Source: Clostridia bacterium (lineage in GTDB: Bacteria; Bacillota; Clostridia; Oscillospirales; CAG-272). Taken from it: DNA of 64,000 nt. This document shows, in pieces, positions 9,841 through 16,596 of the stretch; positions within the stretch are counted from its first letter, which is position 1; each line of letters opens with the position of its first letter. The translations under genes were made by a program, and so were the position numbers. The stretch spans positions 55,313 through 119,312 of the forward strand of contig JAFTOG010000023.1 in the NCBI GenBank assembly GCA_017451485.1, in the 5' to 3' direction. The notes under the pieces were generated by a model. The model ran no database searches, was not told where the DNA came from, and saw only the letters and a list, made by a program, of their open reading frames with translations.

Positions 9841-10395
9841 ATGGAAGAAATTTTGCAAGACATTATTAAGATCAAGGCAGGGGATAGCTGTGCCTTTGAG
9901 TCTCTTGTTAAAAGATTTGACCCTATGATTAGAAGTATGGCCCAAAAGTACTCCAATATGTGCAATATGTCATCACAAATGTTTGATGATTTTCTTCAGG
10001 AAGGTAAGGTAGCTTTTTATAATGCTGTTAATACCTTTCGTGAGGATAGCGGTATAACCTTTGGTGCTTACTCAAAGGTTTGTGTGCGTAACAGGCTTGT
10101 GTCCTGCGTACGGTCAGCAAACTCTAAAAAAAGACTAAGACGCTCTGATTCAAAAGATAACTACGACTTAGATAATCCACAGGATAACCTGATAGCGCGA
10201 GAACTTGAAAAGAAACTTTTTTCCCTTGCTCAGGATTGCCTTTCGCCGTATGAGAAAAAGATTTTCACCCACTATATGAATGGTGAAAGGGCAAAAGAGA
10301 TCTCTTTGAAGGTCAACAGGAGCGAAAGATCCGTTAATAATGCCATTTACAGAATTAAGGCAAAATTAAAACGGACAACCAACAGTGGTACTTAG
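9841..10395 (+). CDS. Sigma-70 family RNA polymerase sigma factor, SigH-like
   Basis: Region 2-like FLQEGKVAFYNAVNTFREDSGITFGAYSKVCVRNRL. Region 4 HTH LSPYEKKIFTHYMNGERAKEISLKVNRSERSVNNAIYRIKAKL, closely patterned on SigH (LS..E..V...Y..G.S..EIS..LNR..KS.DNA..R.K.KL). GGTGGAG lies 7 nt upstream of the ATG at 9841. Confidence 0.8.
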   Translation: MEEILQDIIKIKAGDSCAFESLVKRFDPMIRSMAQKYSNMCNMSSQMFDDFLQEGKVAFYNAVNTFREDSGITFGAYSKVCVRNRLVSCVRSANSKKRLRRSDSKDNYDLDNPQDNLIARELEKKLFSLAQDCLSPYEKKIFTHYMNGERAKEISLKVNRSERSVNNAIYRIKAKLKRTTNSGT

Positions 10396-10443
10396 CTTTA
10401 TGCTATGTATAAATTATTCTACCCAAATTAAGGAGAAAAAAGA

Positions 10444-10719
10444 ATGTTTCAGGACAAGACATTAAAGTGCAAAGATTGTGGTCAGGAATTTGTGTTCACA
10501 GCAGGTGAGCAGGAATTCTATCAGGAAAAGGGATTCCAGAACGAGCCCCAGAGATGCAAGGCTTGTAGAGATGCAAAAAAGAATGCAGCTAAGGCTCCCC
10601 GTGAGATGTTTACTACAACTTGTGCAAAGTGCGGCAAGGAAGCAAAGGTTCCTTTCCAGCCCAACAGCGACAGACCTGTATACTGCAGTGAGTGCTTCGC
10701 TGAAATGAAAAATCTCTAA
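10444..10719 (+). CDS. CxxC-x17-CxxC zinc-ribbon domain protein (TIGR04272-like)
   Basis: CKDCGQEF...CKACR is followed by CAKCGKEAKVPFQPNSDRPVYCSEC, with exactly 17 residues between the CxxC pairs. AAGGAGA RBS upstream. Confidence 0.8.
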   Translation: MFQDKTLKCKDCGQEFVFTAGEQEFYQEKGFQNEPQRCKACRDAKKNAAKAPREMFTTTCAKCGKEAKVPFQPNSDRPVYCSECFAEMKNL

Positions 10720-10804
10720 TATTTCGCTATACGGGAATATCTGAAGAAGATGCTTGCGTCTTTATTAACATATATTTTTGTTTCAAAAATTTAGGATTTG
10801 ATGA

Positions 10805-10845
10805 AAACGGACTTTTACAGTTAAAGGTCCGTTTTTATTTTTTTG
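10805..10845 (+). terminator. Rho-independent terminator after the zinc-ribbon gene
   Basis: Stem acggactttt / aaaggtccgt (about 10807-10832), followed by tttttattttttt. Confidence 0.8.
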
Positions 10846-10855
10846 AAAAAAGGTC

Positions 10856-10884
10856 TGTACAAAACAATATTATTATGATAAAAT
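10856..10884 (+). promoter_or_regulatory. Candidate sigma-A promoter for the rlmB operon
   Basis: Weak -35 TGTACA (10856-10861), a 17-nt spacer, then TGaTAAAAT (TAAAAT 10879-10884). Confidence 0.45.
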
Positions 10885-10911
10885 AAACATATATAATTAT
10901 ATTATGTCAGG

Positions 10912-11784
10912 GTGATGAAATTGAAAAACGATAAGAGATTTACTAAAGTCGATAATACGGGATTTCGAAAAAATAAGAATGACGCTAAAAACAGCTATTC
11001 CGGTTCCCGTTTTGACGACGATAAAGCAATGGATTCCGAAAATGAGCTTAGTGGAGTAGTAAGTGGAAGAAATGCAGTTTCAGAGCTGCTTAAATCGGAT
11101 AGGACAATAGATAAGATTTATGTGCGAAAGGGAAATCACGAGGGGTCAGTAACTGTTATAGTAGCAAAAGCTCTTGAGAAAAAAATTCCTGTTGTTGAGG
11201 TCGAGCAGAGGAAGCTTGATTTTATCAGTGGTGGGACAAACCATCAGGGTGTTGTAGCTATGGCAGCTATGAAGGACTATGTAGATGTTGACGAAATCCT
11301 CGCAATAGCAGAAGAAAGGGGAGAAAAGCCTCTTATAGTTATATGTGACTGTATTGAGGACCCTCATAATCTCGGTGCAATTATTAGATGTGCAGAGTGC
11401 TCAGGTGCTCACGGTATTATAATTCCTAAGCGTCATGCAGTGGGAATTACACCTGCTGTTTACAAATCCTCTGCAGGGGCTATAGAGCATATGGCTATTG
11501 CCAAGGTTTCAAATATAGCCACAACAATAGAGGAGCTTAAGAAAAAAGGATTGTGGATTTTTGCCTGTGAGGCAGGTGGAACTCCTTATTACGAAACTGA
11601 TTTTAATTGTCCGACTGCCATCATACTCGGCTCGGAGGGCAACGGAGTTGGTAAGCTGATAAAGGAGAGAAGTGATTATATCGTATCCATTCCTATGTAT
11701 GGAAAGGTAAACTCGCTTAATGTTTCAACTGCTGCGTCGGTAATTCTTTGCCACGCTGCAAGAATCCAAAGGGAGGGTAAATAA
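10912..11784 (+). CDS. rlmB: 23S rRNA (guanosine-2'-O)-methyltransferase RlmB (SpoU/TrmH family)
   Basis: SGRNAVSELLKS, HQGVVA, DPHNLGAIIRCAECSGAHGIIIP and VNSLNVSTAASVIL are the typical SpoU-methylase motifs, with an N-terminal substrate-binding domain. The start is GTG 10912 or ATG 10915. Confidence 0.85.
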   Translation: MMKLKNDKRFTKVDNTGFRKNKNDAKNSYSGSRFDDDKAMDSENELSGVVSGRNAVSELLKSDRTIDKIYVRKGNHEGSVTVIVAKALEKKIPVVEVEQRKLDFISGGTNHQGVVAMAAMKDYVDVDEILAIAEERGEKPLIVICDCIEDPHNLGAIIRCAECSGAHGIIIPKRHAVGITPAVYKSSAGAIEHMAIAKVSNIATTIEELKKKGLWIFACEAGGTPYYETDFNCPTAIILGSEGNGVGKLIKERSDYIVSIPMYGKVNSLNVSTAASVILCHAARIQREGK

Positions 11785-11785
11785 T

Positions 11786-13966
11786 ATGGAAGATAAATTC
11801 AGCCAGCTTGAGATGGATGTTGGTGATGTCGAGAGAGTGGAAACTGAGCTTTTCGGCACCGAAAAAGAAAGAAAGCCATATCGCAGATACCCATCTAATA
11901 TGAAAATAGACGAATCTCAGATAATTGAAGATCCCGAGGAGGATTCTGAGATTGAGCTTGTTTCCCCGAATGAAGAGGTATTTAAGAAGGTATCCGGCTC
12001 AATAAGAAGAAGTGGAGAGGATAGAGAAATCCCTGATTCTGCATGGAACCGTAAGGATGAAAGTGGGGATTATAATCCCAAATTCGATGATACCTATGCC
12101 AACACCACGGAAACAGAGCATAGCTTTATGAAGACCTTTGGTATGCTCGAAACCCGTAAGAGTGTAAGCATGGAGGAAACAAATCAGACTACAAAGGAGA
12201 TAGAGGCACTCCAGGGTGATATACATTCTGATTACTACGAGTATACCGACAGACAGCAGAGAAAAGAAATAATCGGCATGTACAAGTATGCAAAAAGGTC
12301 TATAAAAATTAAAATGATAATTGCTTCTGTTTTTGCCGTTATGCTTTTGTTTTTGGAAAACATAAGCTTCTTTTCAAGAAGTCTTTATGACAGCATGGAA
12401 ATTGGAGAGCATCCATACATATTCTTTTTTGTAGATTTAGGTATTCTTCTTGCCTGCATGGGATGTGCATACGAACAGTTGTATTACGGAGGAAGATCAA
12501 TACTTGCTAAGGAGCATATTCCCGAGAGCATTTCAGTTTATGCGTGCTTAATCAGTATTGCATATTCCTTGATAACACTTATATTTGTTCCCTTTGGCTT
12601 TCAGCAGAAGCTATATAATTTCCCGGTAGCCTTAGTTTGCGTTTTATCTCTTGTGTATTCATACACAAATGTTATAAGGGAAAAATACGGCTTCAGTGTA
12701 GTATCCTCAAAGGATGCAAAGTTTGTTGTTAATAAGCTATCCTCTGATGATGCGGAAACAGAGTATGAAACCTTTACAACTACCGGTGATGATATATCCG
12801 GTAACATTAATATAGTAAAAATAGATAAGGCAAATTTCGTAAAGGGATATTTTGCAAGGACAAATCAGCCTGCCGATGTAAAAAACGCTATGGATGTTTA
12901 CTCACTTGCATCGCTTATTGCTCCTTTAGTGCTTTTTGTTATAGCTATTATTCGTGGATACATATTTACGGATGCTCTTGCAGTATGGTATGAGGGCTTT
13001 TTATTAGCTCTTCCTGTGGGCTTCTTGTTTACATATAGTATACCGTTCCTTATGGGAAATAAAAAGCTTTTTAATGACGAGGTAGCTATTATAGGCGAGA
13101 ATGCAATTAAAGAGTTTTCTGATATCAGAGTAGTTTCTGTAAATGATACAACAGCTTTTCCCCCATACAATGTAAAATTGCAGAATTTTAAGGTATATAG
13201 TGATTTCAATATTGAAAAGGTGCTTTACTATGCTGCAAGTGGATTCAGCGTCGTTGGAGGACCTTTAGCTGATGTGTTTGATTTAGCTACAAGAGATGCA
13301 ATGCAGAAGAGTAAACGTACAAAGTTTATCTGTGGTGCAAGAAGCTATTTTTGTGTAAAGGTGGATAATGATACTCTTATATTTGCTGACAGATACGGAA
13401 TGGCATCTCAGGGAATAGATGTTCCTGTAGAGAAGGATGATGCAGATGAAAGCCTGAGCATTATGTTTATGGCGTGCAACGGTACACTTTGTGCAAAAAT
13501 GTATATCAATTATATGATAGATATTGACTTTGCGGAAACAGTACGCACACTTAATAAAAACGGCACAGCAGTTATGATAAGGACCTTTGATCCCAATATT
13601 AATAATGAAATTATTAAAAAGCAGACAATATTCAAAAAGTCCGAGCTTTGCGTTATAAAGCTTAACGGCAGTGACCAGATATCAAAAACAGTAGATAAAA
13701 TAGACAGTGGAATAGTATCAAAGGGACGGTCCAGATCCTTACTTAAGGCTATTCCCGTATGCAAGAATATAACAAAAACAAGAAAGGCCTCTTTGATAGT
13801 CAAGGTAATAAGCTCCCTTACCGGACTTGTACTTCTTGGACTTACCGTGTTTGAACTTTTTGGCTTGACACCGTTTGTACCACCGATATTTGTGGGACTG
13901 TTTTATGTACCGTGGATGCTACTTATGTTGGCAATCAGTGGAATAAACCTTTCGAGGATAAGGTAA
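11786..13966 (+). CDS. Polytopic membrane protein resembling a heavy-metal (P1B) P-type ATPase but lacking the catalytic motifs; acidic N-terminal extension
   Basis: LALPVGFLFTYSIPFLMGNKKLFNDEVAIIGENAIKEFSDIRVVSVNDTTAF aligns by eye to the CPC...GILIKG..ALE...V.FDKTGTLT block, with CPC->LPV and DKTGT->NDTTA. MIRTFDPN sits in place of MLTGDN. No GDGxND is seen. Multiple TM helices. The ATG is 1 nt after the rlmB stop. Confidence 0.55.
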   Translation: MEDKFSQLEMDVGDVERVETELFGTEKERKPYRRYPSNMKIDESQIIEDPEEDSEIELVSPNEEVFKKVSGSIRRSGEDREIPDSAWNRKDESGDYNPKFDDTYANTTETEHSFMKTFGMLETRKSVSMEETNQTTKEIEALQGDIHSDYYEYTDRQQRKEIIGMYKYAKRSIKIKMIIASVFAVMLLFLENISFFSRSLYDSMEIGEHPYIFFFVDLGILLACMGCAYEQLYYGGRSILAKEHIPESISVYACLISIAYSLITLIFVPFGFQQKLYNFPVALVCVLSLVYSYTNVIREKYGFSVVSSKDAKFVVNKLSSDDAETEYETFTTTGDDISGNINIVKIDKANFVKGYFARTNQPADVKNAMDVYSLASLIAPLVLFVIAIIRGYIFTDALAVWYEGFLLALPVGFLFTYSIPFLMGNKKLFNDEVAIIGENAIKEFSDIRVVSVNDTTAFPPYNVKLQNFKVYSDFNIEKVLYYAASGFSVVGGPLADVFDLATRDAMQKSKRTKFICGARSYFCVKVDNDTLIFADRYGMASQGIDVPVEKDDADESLSIMFMACNGTLCAKMYINYMIDIDFAETVRTLNKNGTAVMIRTFDPNINNEIIKKQTIFKKSELCVIKLNGSDQISKTVDKIDSGIVSKGRSRSLLKAIPVCKNITKTRKASLIVKVISSLTGLVLLGLTVFELFGLTPFVPPIFVGLFYVPWMLLMLAISGINLSRIR

Positions 13967-15814
13967 ATGAATAATTTAAGCACAATATTAAAATCCGTAT
14001 CTAAGCCCGGCAGATATACAGGTGGAGAGTACGGACAGATTATTAAGGATAAAGAGAAGGTGAGCCTTCGTGTTGCCTTCTGCTTTCCCGATACATACGA
14101 AATAGGTATGTCAAATCTGGGAGTACGCATTCTATACGGTGCCATAAACCAAATGGATGGTGTATGGTGTGAGAGAGTATATGCTCCCTGGCCCGATATG
14201 GAGGATAAAATGAGGGAGTATAATATTCCTCTGTTTGCTCTTGAAAGCAAGGACTCCATAAAGGACTTTGACATAATTGCTACATCATTGCAATATGAAT
14301 TATGCTATACCACAGCTGTAAATATGATTGACCTTGCCGGACTTCCCATATTTGCAAGGGACAGAGGAGAGGATGCTCCCGTGCTTTTAGCCGGTGGTCC
14401 ATGTGCATATAATGCCGAGCCGGTTGCTGATTTCTACGATATTTTCAGCATTGGAGAGGGAGAGGAAGCATTACCCGAGCTTTGTGCTCTTATGAAAAAA
14501 ATGAAGGAGGACGGTACCTACACAAAGACTGCATTCCTTCGTGAGGCGTCTCATCATAAGGGATTTTATGTTCCTTCACTGTACAGTATAGAGTATAATG
14601 AGGATGGTACGATTAAGTCCTTTGAGCCAAAATATGAGGATGTCCCCAAAAAAGTAGAAAAGAGAATAGTAGCAGACTTAAATACCTCTTATTTTCCTAC
14701 AAAGCCTGTGATGCCATTTATAGAAACGGTCCATGACAGAATAATGTTAGAGACCTTTCGTGGATGTATAAGGGGATGTCGATTCTGTCAGGCAGGTATG
14801 GTATTCCGTCCTGTGCGTGAAAAGAGTGCAGAGGTGTTAAATGCTCAGGCAAAGGAAATTTTCAAAAATTCAGGATACAATGAAATATCTTTGACATCAC
14901 TTTCCATAAGCGATTATTCCTGTTTGTCAGATGCTACGGATTTACTTCTTGAATGGACAAACCCTGCTAAGATTAATTTGTCCTTGCCATCCCTTCGTGC
15001 CGACAGCTTTACTAAGGAGCTTATGGAAAAAATTAGCACTGTAAGACAGTCCGGACTTACATTTGCCCCTGAGGCAGGAACACAGAGGCTCCGTGATGCT
15101 ATAAATAAGAATTTATATGAGAGTGATCTTCTCAATGCTGTCAGGTTGGCATTTGAAGGCGGTAAAAGCCTCGTAAAGCTTTATTTTATGAATGGTCTTC
15201 CTACGGAGACCTACGAGGATATAGAAGGAATATCAGTGCTTGCTAAGCATGTGGTTGATGAGTTCTATAAGATGCCCGTAAGACCGAAGAAGCCTGTCAG
15301 TGTAACGGTCAGTGTTTCCTGCTTTGTACCCAAGCCTCACACTCCATTTCAGTGGGAGCCACAGAATACTCTTGATGAGCTTTGCGAAAAGCAGAAATTC
15401 CTCGGTGAAAAAATAACTGATCGAAGAGTTAGATATAATTGGCATGAGGCTAAGGTTTCACGCCTTGAGGCAGTATTTTCTAAGGGTAATCGCCGTCTTT
15501 CCAAGGCTATTGCATATGCTGTAGAGCAGGGAATGAGATTTGATGCATGGGACGAATATTTTGACTACGATAAGTGGATGGATGTATTCGACAAGTGTGG
15601 CATAGATCCGTCATTCTATGCAAATCGCAGAATGGACTATGATGAAATACTACCGTGGGATGTTATTGATATAGGAGTAAGCAAAAAATTCCTGATATCC
15701 GAGAGCAAAAAAGCGTATGAAAGCGTAACAACCCCCAACTGCAAGGAGAAATGCTCGGGCTGTGGAGCAAATAAATTGGGAGGAGATGTAACATGGTGTC
15801 CCAAAATGAGATAA
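13967..15814 (+). CDS. Radical SAM protein, TIGR03960-type (uncharacterised family with N-terminal B12-binding-like domain)
   Basis: CxxxCxxC cluster motif FRGCIRGCRFCQAG. The length and N-terminal region (VAFCFPDTYEIGMSNLGVRILY) are typical of the family. The ATG directly abuts the upstream TAA (13964-13966). Confidence 0.85.
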   Translation: MNNLSTILKSVSKPGRYTGGEYGQIIKDKEKVSLRVAFCFPDTYEIGMSNLGVRILYGAINQMDGVWCERVYAPWPDMEDKMREYNIPLFALESKDSIKDFDIIATSLQYELCYTTAVNMIDLAGLPIFARDRGEDAPVLLAGGPCAYNAEPVADFYDIFSIGEGEEALPELCALMKKMKEDGTYTKTAFLREASHHKGFYVPSLYSIEYNEDGTIKSFEPKYEDVPKKVEKRIVADLNTSYFPTKPVMPFIETVHDRIMLETFRGCIRGCRFCQAGMVFRPVREKSAEVLNAQAKEIFKNSGYNEISLTSLSISDYSCLSDATDLLLEWTNPAKINLSLPSLRADSFTKELMEKISTVRQSGLTFAPEAGTQRLRDAINKNLYESDLLNAVRLAFEGGKSLVKLYFMNGLPTETYEDIEGISVLAKHVVDEFYKMPVRPKKPVSVTVSVSCFVPKPHTPFQWEPQNTLDELCEKQKFLGEKITDRRVRYNWHEAKVSRLEAVFSKGNRRLSKAIAYAVEQGMRFDAWDEYFDYDKWMDVFDKCGIDPSFYANRRMDYDEILPWDVIDIGVSKKFLISESKKAYESVTTPNCKEKCSGCGANKLGGDVTWCPKMR

Positions 15815-16479
15815 TCCCTATAAGAATAAAATTCAAAAAGTATGGCTCTCTTATGTACATTTCTCACCTTGATACTGCAAAAACCATGCAGAGAATAATG
15901 CTTCGTGCAGGTATTGATATCTGGTATAGTGAGGGCTTTAATCCTCAGCCCAAAATTGTATTTGCAGTACCTCTTCCCGTAGGTGTGGAGAGTGAATGTG
16001 AATTTATGGATATAAAGATAAATTCATATATGAGCTGTGAAGAAATTAAGGAACGCTTATCCTACAATATCCCTAATGAAATGAAGATAATTTCCGTATA
16101 TATTCCCGAGCAAAAGCTAAAAAACATAATCTATATAGATTATGAAATGGAAATCTGCTCCCATTCCGTTGACAATGAAACTGCATCCCAAATAGAAAAT
16201 CTTTTATCCGGCGATGTATTTGTCGTAAAAAGATCTAAGGGAACAGAGAAGGAAATCAATATCAAGGATTATATTAAATCCGTGTCCGTAAGGAATGAAA
16301 ACGGCAAAATAATAATTAAAGCAATTATATGTGCCGGAGGAGATAAAAACCTTAATCCCGAGCTTTTAATTGAAGCAATCAGAGCCAATACAAAGCTTTT
16401 GAACGGTAATCCCACAGAGGAATATTACTCAATTATGAGAAAGCGTATGCTTTGTGAGGACCTTACTGAATTTAAGTAA
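15793..16479 (+). CDS. Radical SAM-linked protein, TIGR03936 / DUF2344 family
   Basis: IRIKFKKYGSLMYISHLDTAKTMQRIMLRAGI and SEGFNPQPKIVFAVPLPVG are hallmark DUF2344 blocks. The gene overlaps the radical SAM gene by 22 nt. Confidence 0.8.
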   Translation: MVSQNEIIPIRIKFKKYGSLMYISHLDTAKTMQRIMLRAGIDIWYSEGFNPQPKIVFAVPLPVGVESECEFMDIKINSYMSCEEIKERLSYNIPNEMKIISVYIPEQKLKNIIYIDYEMEICSHSVDNETASQIENLLSGDVFVVKRSKGTEKEINIKDYIKSVSVRNENGKIIIKAIICAGGDKNLNPELLIEAIRANTKLLNGNPTEEYYSIMRKRMLCEDLTEFK

Positions 16480-16490
16480 TTTCATACATA

Positions 16491-16520
16491 AGAGAGAGCA
16501 GACCTTTCTGCTCTCTTTTA
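16491..16520 (+). terminator. Rho-independent terminator after the radical SAM operon
   Basis: Stem agagagcag (16493-16501) / ctgctctct (16508-16516), then a short T-run (ttt). Confidence 0.65.
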
Positions 16521-16532
16521 TGTATATAAGCA

Positions 16533-16561
16533 TTGACATAGTAGTAATAAAACATTATAAT
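16533..16561 (+). promoter_or_regulatory. Perfect-consensus sigma-A promoter for the CotH-family gene
   Basis: TTGACA (16533-16538), a 17-nt spacer, TATAAT (16556-16561). Confidence 0.8.
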
Positions 16562-16596
16562 AAAACTATAGAACGCTAAAATACACGGAGGACAGT

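Noticed and set aside
10478-10708. 76-aa alternative-frame ORF inside the zinc-ribbon gene
   Set aside because: It overlaps a gene with a precise CxxC-x17-CxxC signature. The alternative frame is Arg/Ser/Leu-rich with no motif or RBS.
15780-15820. Possible programmed frameshift fusing the radical SAM and DUF2344 ORFs (CCCAAAA run)
   Set aside because: The zero-frame codons are CCC AAA ATG, which is not a canonical X_XXY_YYZ slippery site. The DUF2344 ORF also has its own ATG giving a normal family N-terminus. Simple translational coupling is sufficient.
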